A DNA stretch of 64,000 bases from an uncultured virus (IMG/VR IMGVR_UViG_3300025674_000018) (IMGVR_UViG_3300025674_000018), one strand, 5' to 3'. Shown: positions 29,261 to 40,657, counted from the stretch's first letter. The notes: generated by a model from the sequence alone, not told the origin. Program-made: numbers and translations.

Positions 29261-31101
29261 TGCCAAGAGTAGTCCCTGGTTCTGGTGCTTTAATCTCTCC
29301 CATATTCAATAGTGTATATGGGGTTAGGGATGTTTTTGTTGTCGATGGTGGGTCGGGATATGACCCAAACGATCCTCCCAAATTGACAATTGGCAATTGT
29401 GGCACCCCACTTAGGGAAGCCGTGTTGAGTCCTGTTATTAGTAATGGCAGAATTCTTGCAGTGAAGGTCATAGACCCAGGTGAAGGGTATGATCCCCTGC
29501 GTTTGATTGTCGATAGCACAGATGACGGTGCTTATGGTGCTGAAGGTAAGGTCTTCCTGACAGACACTGGGGAGATTGATTATATTCAGATCACATCCAA
29601 TGGTGACAACTACTTCTCCAACACCACTGTGGACGTGCAAGGTGGTGGTGGATCTGGTGCTGAATTGATTCCAGTAACAGGAGTTGTTACTGGTCTTAAG
29701 ATTGAGAGAGAAGGAAGAAACTATACACTAGAAGATGCAAACGTCATCATCAGTGGTGGGGGTGGTGATGGTGCCACTGGAGTTGTCGGTGTAAACCAGT
29801 TTGGTAAAGTTACTGGGATTACCATCACGAATCAAGGTGAATTCTTTGAGACTGCTCCAATCATTCAACTTATTGGTGGTGGCGGTAGAGGTGCAACTGC
29901 AAAGGCATACATCAATCTCGGTAAAATTACTAATATCGATATTGATAGTCCTGGTAATGGTTATTCATCTCCTCCAAAAATTGTCTTTGCTAGAGATACA
30001 AACTTAATCAGAAAGCAGAGAAACAGACAGTCACTTAATTCGATCTTATATAACCTTACAGGTCTTATTAAGAATGTTTCCCCAAGCGACAATACTATCA
30101 ACGTAGAGACAACAGCTCCCTACCCTGGATCTGGAAAACTTCTCATTAACAAAGAGATTGTCAGATATACAGGTAAGACAGCAACATCATTTACTGGTTG
30201 TGACAGAGGCACAAACTTCAGGTACGATCAAAAAGTGTTTCTCGACACACTACAGGATGATGTCGATGGCGTATCCCAATATGTCTTCAACGTTACTGAC
30301 CAAGTAAAGAGGTATCAAAACAACGCAAGTAATAGGATCGCAATTGTATATGACTGGGATCCCATCGATCACGCTTTGTATCTAACCTTTGAGGTTGACG
30401 AGCTTGCATTTATTGACGGTGGAAACTCTTCAGATAAAACAAAGTCTATTCAGTTTGTTGCAGGATCTGCACAGTCGTCTGCAACTGGCGTTTCTCCACA
30501 CGTTTTGGTTGAGTCACCTAACGACGACATTGTTGCATTCACAAATCCCCTCAGTCTCATCCTCAATAGAAAGTTTGAAGATGATGATGAATTGGACGGT
30601 GTTGGTGATGGCATTCCCGACCTCGTAAACACTGGGACAGAATTTGAGTTTGATACAAATCTGGATGGTGGTATTGCATCATCTAAATACGGTATTGAAG
30701 AGGAATTGGGTGGCGTTAACCTAACTCTATTCCAATTGGCAGACAAAGTTTATGACGGTGGATCCCCTCAGCAACTAGCAACAATCATTGGTGCTGGATC
30801 TCTTGGTGATGGTGATACTCACATATCTCAGGCTGTCATTCTTGTCAATAACAAGGGTAATGCAAACTATGTCATTGGAGAAACTGTTGTCGGTCAGACA
30901 ACAAACGTTTCTGCAACAGTTACTGCATTTACTGCGAATGCAGATAAAGCTGGTGAATATTACCTCACAGTTGAAAGCATTACACCTGGCGTGAGTCCGA
31001 AGTTTCAGAAGAGTGAGCAAATCCAAGGACAGGCATCTGGTGCAACTTCCAACATGATTGTTGCAGAGTACACAAACCGTGTCAGAAACGAGGACGAATA
31101 A
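29260..31101 (+). CDS. Virion structural (baseplate-associated) protein with GSGY repeats
   Basis: 613 aa with several 'V.DGGSGY/ITNQG/DSPGNGYSSPP' modules; translationally coupled to the upstream gene. Confidence 0.75.
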   Translation: MPRVVPGSGALISPIFNSVYGVRDVFVVDGGSGYDPNDPPKLTIGNCGTPLREAVLSPVISNGRILAVKVIDPGEGYDPLRLIVDSTDDGAYGAEGKVFLTDTGEIDYIQITSNGDNYFSNTTVDVQGGGGSGAELIPVTGVVTGLKIEREGRNYTLEDANVIISGGGGDGATGVVGVNQFGKVTGITITNQGEFFETAPIIQLIGGGGRGATAKAYINLGKITNIDIDSPGNGYSSPPKIVFARDTNLIRKQRNRQSLNSILYNLTGLIKNVSPSDNTINVETTAPYPGSGKLLINKEIVRYTGKTATSFTGCDRGTNFRYDQKVFLDTLQDDVDGVSQYVFNVTDQVKRYQNNASNRIAIVYDWDPIDHALYLTFEVDELAFIDGGNSSDKTKSIQFVAGSAQSSATGVSPHVLVESPNDDIVAFTNPLSLILNRKFEDDDELDGVGDGIPDLVNTGTEFEFDTNLDGGIASSKYGIEEELGGVNLTLFQLADKVYDGGSPQQLATIIGAGSLGDGDTHISQAVILVNNKGNANYVIGETVVGQTTNVSATVTAFTANADKAGEYYLTVESITPGVSPKFQKSEQIQGQASGATSNMIVAEYTNRVRNEDE

Positions 31102-31105
31102 AGTC

Positions 31106-31113
31106 CATAAATA
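31106..31113 (+). promoter_or_regulatory. Late promoter CATAAATA
   Basis: Intergenic, 25 nt upstream of g8. Confidence 0.75.
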
Positions 31114-31138
31114 AAGAGTGGGAGATCCGATTAGTTAG

Positions 31139-32674
31139 ATGGCGCTACTTACCGATCAATTTAGAATTTTTACCGCAAAGCGATTTATTAAATCACTTGA
31201 GGGTCCTGATTCTGCACAGTCCGACTTGGATGCTGGCAGCGATAGAGACAGACTCTATGTGTTTATCGGTCGTCCCCAATCTTGGGATAATGAAAATGAT
31301 CCGCCCGATCCGACAGACTCTCTGCAAGAGTTTGCTGACGACTACGCTGACATGATCTCCCTGAAGCGTGTGTTGGCAAATGACACAATTCAGGTTATTC
31401 GTCGTGTGAATTGGATTCCCCCAGAGCAAACTACTGGTGGTTTGGGTTACGTCTATGACATGTATCGTCATGACTACTCCTCTACAAAAACCGCATCTTC
31501 TGGTGCAACTAAACTTTTTGATGCTGACTTCTACGTCGTTAACTCATCCTATCAAGTTTACAAGTGCATCTATAACGGCACCTCTCCCTCCGACCCTAAC
31601 GGCAAACCTTCAACCATTGAGCCAACTGGCACTTCCACATCTATCATCACAACTGCTGATGGATATCGCTGGAAATATCTCTACACCATTCCTGTTGGTC
31701 AGGTGTTGAAATTCTTCTCCAACGAATATATGCCAGTGTTGAGTGACACTGCTGTGGTTGGTGATGCTGTTGGTGGTGAGATTGATACTGTTGTTATTGG
31801 ATCTTCTGGTACAGGCTACAACAACGGCACATATGAAAACGTGCCCATCAAGGGCGATGGCGTTGGTGGTCGTGTCTCTCTTGTGGTTGACGGTGGTAAA
31901 TTGGTCACTGCAACTGTGACTTCTGGTGGATCTGGATACACCTTTGGTAAGGTGGTCATTGACGAAGTAAACGGTATTGGTGCTGGTGCAGGATCTGGCG
32001 CTAACGTTGAAGTTATCATTCCCCCTCCGATCGGTCATGGCGGCGGTCCTGATGGTGAGTTGGGTGGTTATCGTGTGATGATTAACACCAAATTCACATA
32101 CGATGAAGGTAGTGGTGACTTCCCGACTGATAACGACTACCGTCGCATCGGTCTTGTCCTCAACCCAAATAGATATGGCACAGAGGAGTTGACTTCTGAG
32201 TTGACTCTATCTGGCACAAAGGCAGCGATTTTCTCGCCAACCTTTACTGGAAACTATAGCACTGATGAAATTATCACCCAGTCTAGGACTGTTGGTGGTC
32301 AGCAGGTAACTGCTCGCGGTCGTGTGGTTTCTTGGAATAGCACCACCAAAGTGCTCAAATATTATCAAAACAGAATCGACGGTATCTTCCCCGAGATCAC
32401 TGGTAGTTTGACAGAGTTTGACGGTGGTAACCCGATTGTCGGATCTATCTCTGGCACATCTGGCGACCCAGACATTAACTTCCCGATTGTGTCTGGCACT
32501 TCTACTCGTGTTATCAACAACACTGAATATGACTTGGGTATGGCATTTACAAATGGTTATGCCGATCCTGAGATTGAGCCAAATTCGGGAAGAATTATTT
32601 ACATAGATAATAGAGGTCCCATCACCCGTGCTGGTGACCAAATTGAAGACATCAAAGTCGTAATCGAGTTCTAA
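31139..32674 (+). CDS. g8: Baseplate wedge subunit gp8
   Basis: LLTDQFRI, LYVFIGRPQSW, YDMYRHDY, VYKCIYN, DGYRWKYLYTI and C-terminal IIYIDNR.PITRA.DQIEDIKVVIEF. Confidence 0.93.
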   Translation: MALLTDQFRIFTAKRFIKSLEGPDSAQSDLDAGSDRDRLYVFIGRPQSWDNENDPPDPTDSLQEFADDYADMISLKRVLANDTIQVIRRVNWIPPEQTTGGLGYVYDMYRHDYSSTKTASSGATKLFDADFYVVNSSYQVYKCIYNGTSPSDPNGKPSTIEPTGTSTSIITTADGYRWKYLYTIPVGQVLKFFSNEYMPVLSDTAVVGDAVGGEIDTVVIGSSGTGYNNGTYENVPIKGDGVGGRVSLVVDGGKLVTATVTSGGSGYTFGKVVIDEVNGIGAGAGSGANVEVIIPPPIGHGGGPDGELGGYRVMINTKFTYDEGSGDFPTDNDYRRIGLVLNPNRYGTEELTSELTLSGTKAAIFSPTFTGNYSTDEIITQSRTVGGQQVTARGRVVSWNSTTKVLKYYQNRIDGIFPEITGSLTEFDGGNPIVGSISGTSGDPDINFPIVSGTSTRVINNTEYDLGMAFTNGYADPEIEPNSGRIIYIDNRGPITRAGDQIEDIKVVIEF

Positions 32675-32677
32675 GAG

Positions 32678-35600
32678 ATGCCACAAAATACCAACCTCAA
32701 CATTAGTCCGTATTTCGACGACTTCGATAAGGATAAGAATTTTTATCGAGTGTTGTATAGACCTGGATTCCCAATTCAGGCAAGAGAACTCACGACTATG
32801 CAGAGCATTCTGCAGAATCAGATTGAGTCCATGGGTCAGCACTTCTTCAAAGAAGGTGCGATGGTTATCCCTGGACAAGTGGGTTATGACCTAAATGTGC
32901 AGGCAGTTATTCTTCAGCAGGCATTCTTGGGTGTTGACGTTGAAACTTACAGAACTCAACTCAACGGTAAGATCATTTCTGGTCTAACAAGTGGTATTCG
33001 AGCAAAGGTCCTTTATTCCATCTCTGCTGCAGAATCGTCTAAGGGATACGTCACACTTTATGTGAAGTATATCGATTCTGGAGATACAGTTTCTGCCACC
33101 AACGTCAAAGGTTTCCAAGAGAATGAGCAGCTCGTTTGCGATTCAGAGCTGACCTTCGGCACAACTCTTATTGAGGTTGGATCTCCTTTCGCTCAACTCC
33201 TCCCAGTTAATGCTACGGCAGTTGCTGCTACGGCATACGTTAATAATGGTGTCTACTTCATTCGTGGACATTTTATCAATGTCCCATCATCTTATATCAT
33301 CCTCGATCAATATACTAATAACCCCTCGTATAGGATTGGTCTTGAAGTCTCGGAATCTATTGTTACTCCAGAAGACGATCCGACTCTGAATGACAACGCT
33401 GCTGGCACATCAAACTATTCTGCTCCTGGATCTCACCGATTCAAGATCAGCACACAACTCGTCAAGAAACCAATTGAAGACGAGACTGACAAGAATTTTA
33501 TCGAATTGGTCAGAATCAGAGATTCTAAGATTGAGCAATTCGTTAATGATACGGCTTACTCTGTCCTTGAGAAATCACTCGCTCGTCGCACTTACGAAGA
33601 GTCTGGTGATTATGTTATCGATACATTCGATGTTAAATTAAGAGAGCATAGAAACGACGGATTCAATAACGGTGTGTATGGTCCTGGTCAGGTTTCCAGA
33701 GATGGGCAATCTGCCAGTGAAGAATATGCTGCTATTGAAGTGTCTCCTGGTAAAGCATATATTAGAGGATATAGGACAGAGTTTCTTACTCCCCAGTATG
33801 TCGATATCAAAAAACCCAGAGACTTTACTGGTGTAAACAACTCCATTGTCCCTATTGAATGGGGACAGTACATGAAGGTATATGATGTTTATGGATGGCC
33901 TGATATTACTGGTGAAGGTGTTTCCGATGCATATCAAGTCCTCGATCTTCATGACGGTTGGACTCTAAATGGTGGATCTACTGTAACGGGTCAGAAAATT
34001 GGCAGATGCCGCTGCGTGCAACTGCAGAAATCTGCAACTGGCATTTGGGATCTCTATGTAATGGACGTGCAGATGTTTACTGCACTCAACTTCGATGCTG
34101 GTAATTCCCCAGTGTCTCCTGGAGACTTGCTGGTTGGTAGAATTTCTGGTGCTAGAGGATTTGCCACTACAGATATAAGTGGCACTTATGTTGGTCTTGA
34201 GCAAGTATCAGGTATCTTTACCGATGGTGAAGTTATCACTAAGGACGGTAGAGTTGTCGGCACAATTAACGCTGTTTTCAGTTATCAGTTAACTGATGCA
34301 AGATCCGCTGTTGGTTATAACAGCAACAGTGCCGTCTCGTTTGTTGCTAACCTTCTACTGAATGATGCCCAGGCTGTGCGTGGATCAACCATAACTGTTG
34401 ACCAGTCTGGTGCCATTATTACTGGTCTCAATGGATCTAAGTTTGAAGAAGATCTTCGTCCTGGAGACGTGCTTTCCCCAGATGGTGAATCTGGATTTGA
34501 AGGTGACACAAGTCTCATTGTTAAGAAGATCACAAAGTCTACTATCAACCACACATCAGGCAATAACGTTGGTGGCACTCCAGTATTCGATTATCAGGCA
34601 CAAACAGCCTTGCTCGATACTGGTTTAACTAAAGGCACCATTGCAGATGGCAATTACACCACCGTTGTTAGATATAGACCGTTTGTCTTCAACACAACTC
34701 AACCTTCGGGTCAGTTGAGCGTCGATCTCCCCAGAGAGTCGATGAAGTCTCTAAGCGACGAATCTTTCTTCGTCTACCGCACATTCACAAATAAGACAGT
34801 TGTGTCTGGCGGTTTGACTGTGGCACTGCCAGAATCTGAGCAGTTTGCTTCACTCGATGATGAAAACTATCAACTTACAATTCTTGCACAGTCTGGATCT
34901 TCATACGCTGTTGGCGACAACTTGGATCTGGAAGCACTGGATGAAGCTGGCACGCTAACAGTTACCTTCGGTGCTGATCGCCAGTCTATGACCATTGATG
35001 GTTTGACTGGAGTGACAACAGTAAAACTGACTGCTCTCGTATCTAAGAATATCGTGAGCAGAAAGATTAAGACCGCATCTAAGATGCGTGCCCTTAAAGT
35101 CACTCGCACCAGTAAGAATAACGATATTCAAAAGTATGGTCTGCTTTATGGCAACCTATATGGCACTCGTATCGAAGACCAGGAGATCTCCTTCGGTCTA
35201 AACGATGTCTACAAGATTCACGCTGTATATGAATCAGAAACTGACGGAGCACCTCAAATTCCATATAGTGTGCTGAGTGAAGCAGTTTTCTTTGCTCCTG
35301 GCACTGTTATCACTGGCGAGACATCTGGTGCTAGAGCAACTGTTGTTAGCTTCATTAACGCAACACTGCGTCTTTATAATGTCAACCTCAATAATATCGA
35401 ATTCAATCCTGGCGAAAGAATCATCGGTGAAGACTCTGATGGAAATGTCCTGAGAGCAACTATCGACGACGCCGATGGATCTGTAGTTAAGGGTAGTAAG
35501 GTTGTTACTGACCTCTTCACTCTCAATTCTGGTCAAACACCTTTCTTCTATAACGTCTCCAAACTGGTCAGACAACCTGGAGTTACTCCACCGACCAGAC

Positions 35601-38600
35601 AATTGATGATTGTCTTCGACTACTTCATCCATGAAGCATCTGGTGACTATTTCTCTGCACAGTCATATACTGGTATCGACTTCGATGAAATTCCTGCACC
35701 CATTCTACAGGGATCTACTAAGAATGTTAGAGACCAAATTGACTTCCGTCCTGCAGTTGGAGAATTGGCGACAGGTAACGGCACGGTGACAGGTCCCTTT
35801 GAGGTGACTTGTGCAACCCTCGATTTCGATGCTCGTGTATTCAGCACAACGAATCAAGGTGCTGGAAATGCTGCAGTTGCTACTCTGTTTGATATTCCTA
35901 AAGCAGAAACGGAATTCCGTTGCGACTACGAATACTATCTGCCAAGGACAGATAAACTATTCCTCACCCACGACAACAAACTAAGACTACAATACGGTAT
36001 CTCTGCTGAGAATCCCGAAGAGCCAGAAAATATTCAGAATGCAATGTGCCTGGCGATCTTCAAGCACAAACCGTATATGTATGATCCCCAAAGGGATACC
36101 ATCATCACCCAGGAAGTCATTCGTCGTTATACGATGAAGGATATTGGTGATCTGGAGAAGAGAATCAATAACGTCGAATACTATACAGCACTTTCACTTC
36201 TTGAAGTGCAAACAGATGCTACAAGATCTTATGACGAAAACGGTTTCGATCGTTTGAAGAATGGATTTGTGGTGGATGACTTTACCGATCATAAGATTGG
36301 TGATGTCAATAGTGGTGACTACAAGTGCTCTCTCGATTTCCAAGAGGGTATTCTTCGTCCGTCCCACTATACATCTAACGTCCCCCTACAAATCAATACT
36401 CAGAAGTCTCAGAATATTGTTGTTACCCCAGCAAATATTGCGATGCTTCCCTATGAAAATGTTGAGGTGGTTAAGCAACCATATGCATCCAGAAGCGAAA
36501 ACGTCAACCCATTTAACGTCTTTACCTTTATTGGTCGTATTGACTTGACACCCTCTTCCGATGACTGGTTGGAAACAAACCGTCTCCCAGCTCGTGTGGA
36601 AAACGTCGAAGGTGACTTCTCCAGTGTTTCTAGAGAATTGAATATTGATCCTAATACAGGATTTGCACCTATTCAATGGGGTGGTTGGAGGACTAACTGG
36701 TCTGCCGAATCTCTGGTTTCAACTGACAGAATCATCAATAGATCTGGTAGCACCCATGGCGGTGGTGGTTGGGTTGGCACCAGACATAGAGGTCTGGAAT
36801 TCATTCACGAAAGACGCACTTTCCAAGTGAGATCCAACCAGTCTCGTCAAGGTATTCGCACAAGAGTTGTGCCCAGGATTGAGCGTAGATCCATGGGTGA
36901 CTCCATTCTGTCCCAAACAGCAGTGCCCTGGATTCGCTCCAGAAACCTGGCATTTGATGTTTATAGAATGAAGCCCAGATCCAGAATCTATTGCTTCTTT
37001 GACGGTGTGGATGTGAGTGCATACATCACCCCGAAAGTGATCGAGTTGAATAAGTCTGGCACAAACAGCAACGTTGCTAGAGATGTCATTGCTCCCAACT
37101 CAGATGGCAACTCCATCCCTGCAACCACAATTCCTCCCGATCCCACTATTGACAATAGCAACCAGATTCCCTTTGTTGTCGGTGAAACTGTCATCGGCAC
37201 GGAATCTAAGGTGAGATTGAAGGTTGCTGCTGCCGATGACGGGTATGTAACCAACCCATATGGTCAAGGCACAGAGACTCTGCCATCTTCCTACGCATCG
37301 AATACGCCGTATCTGAATGTTGACATCAATGAGATGGCAGCAACAGCAAATGGCACATACCAAGGCAACGTAAAAATTGGTGAGTTGTTGGTTGGTTTGA
37401 CTTCTGGTGCTGCAGCATATGTTAAAGATCGTCGTCTCCTGACAGATAATGTCGGTAACTTCAAAGGCACATTCTTTATCCCCAGTCCCAAGATCGATTC
37501 AAATCCACGTTGGGCAACTGGCACAAGGACTGTGCGTTTCACGACTAACGCTCAGAATAGCAGAATTGCTGGTGCTGTTGATTCTTCGGCAGACACAGAA
37601 TATAGAGCAACTGGTATTCTTCAGACTGTTAGAGAGAATATTCTGGCAGTTAGAAATGCTGAGATTGTCAGAGACACAGTTAACGATGAAAGGACTATCG
37701 TTACTGGCACAAGAGCAGAGACTCGTCAGATTGGTTGGTATGACCCTCTGGCACAATCCTTCATCGTCGATGAGGAAGGTGGTATCTTCATCACTGGTGT
37801 TGATATCTTCTTCAGGACTAGAGATGACAATATTCCAATCTCCATGCAAATTCGCACAATGGAGAATGGCAATCCCACCAAGGATATTCTGCCTCTGTCG
37901 GACATCACGATCAATGCTCAAGATGTTGAGATCTCAGAAAGTGCTGAAATTCCAACACGATTTGAATTTAGATCCCCCGTATACATCAAACAGTCTGTTG
38001 AATACTGCTTTGTGCTCCTGTCCGACTCCAACGAATATCAAGTCTGGATCTCCAGAATGGGTGACGTTGAAAAGTCTGGTAATAGGACGATCTCCGAGCA
38101 ACCATATGCAGGTGTGCTCTTTAAGTCACAAAACGCATCTACCTGGACTGCTGACCAGTATGAGGACTTGAAGTTTACAATCTATAAGGCAAACTTTACA
38201 TCTCCTACTGGCACAGTAACTCTGGATAATGTCTCTATGGGAGAGACCAATGGTGGTTTCACGACTCTGAAGAATAATCCTCTGGTCACGATTCAACCTG
38301 AGCAAGTGCTTTCGCTTCCCGCTGGCACAAATAACTCCTATACGATTGGTGCTCGATTGAAGCAGTCTCCTTCTAATGCAGAGGGCACAGTTGTTGCTTT
38401 CGACTCAACCACAGATCCAGAGACAATTACTCTTACCGACATTCAAGGCACATGGTCTGCTGGTTTCTTGGATGGAAATGGAGATGCATTCCAAGGAATT
38501 ATTTCCTCCCAATCCACTGCAATCTTCCAACTGTCCACCGTTTCCAACGGTGACTTCTCTCCCAGACCTGGAGCTCCTGGTGGTCCCACCACAGAGGTAG

Positions 38601-40114
38601 ATATTATTGCTGGATCTACATCCAATGCTACTGCGACTGTTACTGCTTTCTATCAAACAGGTGACACCCTTCCCGATGGCAACCCTGCAGCAAACCCAGT
38701 CCTTTATGTAAATTATGTCGATAAGGCATTCGACCTGTCCGACACAATTTCTGAGAATGGTGGTGTTGTGACCGCTACTATTACTAGCATCGCATACTCT
38801 GGCGACACCTACAACCAATTCCCGACTGCTGCACCTTCGTATCAGAATAAGGATAGAAAGGTCCTGGTGTATCACAAGAATCATTGTATGCACCAACGCA
38901 CCAACAACGTGGAAATCAGTGGAGTGGTTTCCGAAGTGCCTCCTACAACTTTGACATCTTCTCTCTCTGCAGGGGCAACTTCAATTAACGTTGAGACTGC
39001 TGGTGGATTCCACACATTCGTAAATGGTGCTTCTATCGGTAACCTCAATCCTGGTTATCTGATCATTGGTAATGAGATCATTCAGTATTCTGCAATCTCC
39101 TCCAACGGTCAAGTAATCACTGTTGCCACTAATGGTAGAGGTGCTAATGGCACTGCAGACGTTGATCACCCAACTGGTGCAACAGTCTTCTGCTACAACT
39201 TTGATGGCATTCCTCTGACGGAAATCAACAAGGTCCACTCAAGTATTGACGATCCCTGGTTGGATCATTACCTACTAAATACAACATCGGTTGCCACAAA
39301 TGGTATCCGAGGTGGTGGTGGAAACGTCCTTGCTTCTCAAAACTTCCAATTTGAGACACTGCGTCCTTCGATCGCTACCATGATTTTCCCAGAAACATCG
39401 ATGGCTGCTCGTGTAAATACTACGACAGCAACATCAGTTGGCGATGGCACATCCGTAATTGACCAGGCATCTTTTGTCAACAATGGTCAGTATTACGATA
39501 TTACGCTCAACACTGAAAACTACTTTGTAACTCCTCAAATGGTTTGCTCTCAAGTTAACGAGAGTAACAAACTTGGTGGTAACAAGTCCATCAGTCTTGA
39601 CATTGCCCTGGCAACTGAGAATACCAACCTCTCACCATACGTTGACCTCGATCGCACATCTCTGATTTGTGTCAGTAATAGAATCAACTCTTGGCCAGGT
39701 GGTCCTCAATCTTTGGGTATTAACTCTCTAATTGATACTCAGTCTGATGTTTCTCTGCTTCCAGTTGGAGACCAAAACGATGCAGTTTATCTCACGAGAA
39801 TTGCAAACCTGGCGCAACTGTCTAGGACTCTGAAGATTGACTTTGGTGCCTACAGACCTCAAGGTGTGGAAATTCGTGTCTACGTCAAAGCATTTGAATC
39901 GGGTGCTGATGTTGATGTTGAAACTGTTAACTGGATTGAAATCTTCCCGATTGCTGAGATCTCAGCTTCTGATGTCTTTGAATTTAGAGATTATACATAT
40001 GAGAAGACAGGTCTAAGTTTTAACGCTTTCCAAGTCAAGATCGTTATGAAGTCTAGAAACCAGGCTATTGTCCCTCAAATCATGGACTTTAGATCAATTG
40101 CTTTGGCTACTTGA
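32678..40114 (+). CDS. Large virion structural protein (VrlC/DUF4815-like)
   Basis: N-terminal NLNISPYFDDFD..KNFYRVLYRPGFPIQARELTTMQS, plus RLKNGFVVDDF and WYDPLAQSF; follows g8, as in cyanomyoviruses. Confidence 0.85.
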   Translation: MPQNTNLNISPYFDDFDKDKNFYRVLYRPGFPIQARELTTMQSILQNQIESMGQHFFKEGAMVIPGQVGYDLNVQAVILQQAFLGVDVETYRTQLNGKIISGLTSGIRAKVLYSISAAESSKGYVTLYVKYIDSGDTVSATNVKGFQENEQLVCDSELTFGTTLIEVGSPFAQLLPVNATAVAATAYVNNGVYFIRGHFINVPSSYIILDQYTNNPSYRIGLEVSESIVTPEDDPTLNDNAAGTSNYSAPGSHRFKISTQLVKKPIEDETDKNFIELVRIRDSKIEQFVNDTAYSVLEKSLARRTYEESGDYVIDTFDVKLREHRNDGFNNGVYGPGQVSRDGQSASEEYAAIEVSPGKAYIRGYRTEFLTPQYVDIKKPRDFTGVNNSIVPIEWGQYMKVYDVYGWPDITGEGVSDAYQVLDLHDGWTLNGGSTVTGQKIGRCRCVQLQKSATGIWDLYVMDVQMFTALNFDAGNSPVSPGDLLVGRISGARGFATTDISGTYVGLEQVSGIFTDGEVITKDGRVVGTINAVFSYQLTDARSAVGYNSNSAVSFVANLLLNDAQAVRGSTITVDQSGAIITGLNGSKFEEDLRPGDVLSPDGESGFEGDTSLIVKKITKSTINHTSGNNVGGTPVFDYQAQTALLDTGLTKGTIADGNYTTVVRYRPFVFNTTQPSGQLSVDLPRESMKSLSDESFFVYRTFTNKTVVSGGLTVALPESEQFASLDDENYQLTILAQSGSSYAVGDNLDLEALDEAGTLTVTFGADRQSMTIDGLTGVTTVKLTALVSKNIVSRKIKTASKMRALKVTRTSKNNDIQKYGLLYGNLYGTRIEDQEISFGLNDVYKIHAVYESETDGAPQIPYSVLSEAVFFAPGTVITGETSGARATVVSFINATLRLYNVNLNNIEFNPGERIIGEDSDGNVLRATIDDADGSVVKGSKVVTDLFTLNSGQTPFFYNVSKLVRQPGVTPPTRQLMIVFDYFIHEASGDYFSAQSYTGIDFDEIPAPILQGSTKNVRDQIDFRPAVGELATGNGTVTGPFEVTCATLDFDARVFSTTNQGAGNAAVATLFDIPKAETEFRCDYEYYLPRTDKLFLTHDNKLRLQYGISAENPEEPENIQNAMCLAIFKHKPYMYDPQRDTIITQEVIRRYTMKDIGDLEKRINNVEYYTALSLLEVQTDATRSYDENGFDRLKNGFVVDDFTDHKIGDVNSGDYKCSLDFQEGILRPSHYTSNVPLQINTQKSQNIVVTPANIAMLPYENVEVVKQPYASRSENVNPFNVFTFIGRIDLTPSSDDWLETNRLPARVENVEGDFSSVSRELNIDPNTGFAPIQWGGWRTNWSAESLVSTDRIINRSGSTHGGGGWVGTRHRGLEFIHERRTFQVRSNQSRQGIRTRVVPRIERRSMGDSILSQTAVPWIRSRNLAFDVYRMKPRSRIYCFFDGVDVSAYITPKVIELNKSGTNSNVARDVIAPNSDGNSIPATTIPPDPTIDNSNQIPFVVGETVIGTESKVRLKVAAADDGYVTNPYGQGTETLPSSYASNTPYLNVDINEMAATANGTYQGNVKIGELLVGLTSGAAAYVKDRRLLTDNVGNFKGTFFIPSPKIDSNPRWATGTRTVRFTTNAQNSRIAGAVDSSADTEYRATGILQTVRENILAVRNAEIVRDTVNDERTIVTGTRAETRQIGWYDPLAQSFIVDEEGGIFITGVDIFFRTRDDNIPISMQIRTMENGNPTKDILPLSDITINAQDVEISESAEIPTRFEFRSPVYIKQSVEYCFVLLSDSNEYQVWISRMGDVEKSGNRTISEQPYAGVLFKSQNASTWTADQYEDLKFTIYKANFTSPTGTVTLDNVSMGETNGGFTTLKNNPLVTIQPEQVLSLPAGTNNSYTIGARLKQSPSNAEGTVVAFDSTTDPETITLTDIQGTWSAGFLDGNGDAFQGIISSQSTAIFQLSTVSNGDFSPRPGAPGGPTTEVDIIAGSTSNATATVTAFYQTGDTLPDGNPAANPVLYVNYVDKAFDLSDTISENGGVVTATITSIAYSGDTYNQFPTAAPSYQNKDRKVLVYHKNHCMHQRTNNVEISGVVSEVPPTTLTSSLSAGATSINVETAGGFHTFVNGASIGNLNPGYLIIGNEIIQYSAISSNGQVITVATNGRGANGTADVDHPTGATVFCYNFDGIPLTEINKVHSSIDDPWLDHYLLNTTSVATNGIRGGGGNVLASQNFQFETLRPSIATMIFPETSMAARVNTTTATSVGDGTSVIDQASFVNNGQYYDITLNTENYFVTPQMVCSQVNESNKLGGNKSISLDIALATENTNLSPYVDLDRTSLICVSNRINSWPGGPQSLGINSLIDTQSDVSLLPVGDQNDAVYLTRIANLAQLSRTLKIDFGAYRPQGVEIRVYVKAFESGADVDVETVNWIEIFPIAEISASDVFEFRDYTYEKTGLSFNAFQVKIVMKSRNQAIVPQIMDFRSIALAT

Positions 40115-40156
40115 TGTATTTAAGTACTCAAACCAATCCTGAAACCCGACAAGCTT

Positions 40157-40185
40157 ATTCTAATTATTATTATTGAAGTTGTCAA
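40157..40185 (-). promoter_or_regulatory. Antisense sigma70 promoter TTGACA-N17-TAGAAT
   Basis: The reverse complement of 40157-40185 reads TTGACA acttcaataataataat TAGAAT. Confidence 0.7.
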
Positions 40186-40188
40186 GCT

Positions 40189-40428
40189 ATGATAGATGAA
40201 TCACAATTACAACCTGTTGAAGGCAAAGTCGGATGGTTTAGAGACCCCAAATCAAATGCTGTAATCAACACAAATAAAGTAGAATACGAAAGATACATGG
40301 CTGCATACAACAAGAGGCAGCAAAAAGAAACCACGGTAGAGGCTTTACAAAATGAAGTTGAAACTGTAAAATCAGATCTGAATGAAATTAAGGATCTGCT
40401 GAAGACATTATTGGAGAAAAATCAATGA
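40189..40428 (+). CDS. Hypothetical protein with coiled-coil C-terminus
   Basis: 79 aa; VEGKVGWFRDPKSNAVINTN followed by a heptad-like C-terminus. Confidence 0.8.
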   Translation: MIDESQLQPVEGKVGWFRDPKSNAVINTNKVEYERYMAAYNKRQQKETTVEALQNEVETVKSDLNEIKDLLKTLLEKNQ

Positions 40429-40652
40429 CTGCCACCCAAACTGAATCCATGTCCCCCGATGAGCTTCTTGCCTCATTCAAAACTCGTTATGAGAATTTGA
40501 TCACTGAGAATAAGCAAATGTCTCAGAAGATCCGTGAGAATGAGCAAACTGCACTGAAACTTCTAGGTGCTATCGAAACTCTAGAGTATTTGAATCCCCC
40601 TGAGGTTGAAATTGAAACCGCAGAAGAGGGAATCACAGAAGTAACCGAGTGA
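40425..40652 (+). CDS. Hypothetical coiled-coil protein (possible fibre chaperone)
   Basis: 75 aa, ATGA overlap, GGAG ribosome-binding site, LKLLGAIETLE motif. Confidence 0.75.
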   Translation: MTATQTESMSPDELLASFKTRYENLITENKQMSQKIRENEQTALKLLGAIETLEYLNPPEVEIETAEEGITEVTE

Positions 40653-40657
40653 TCTTT

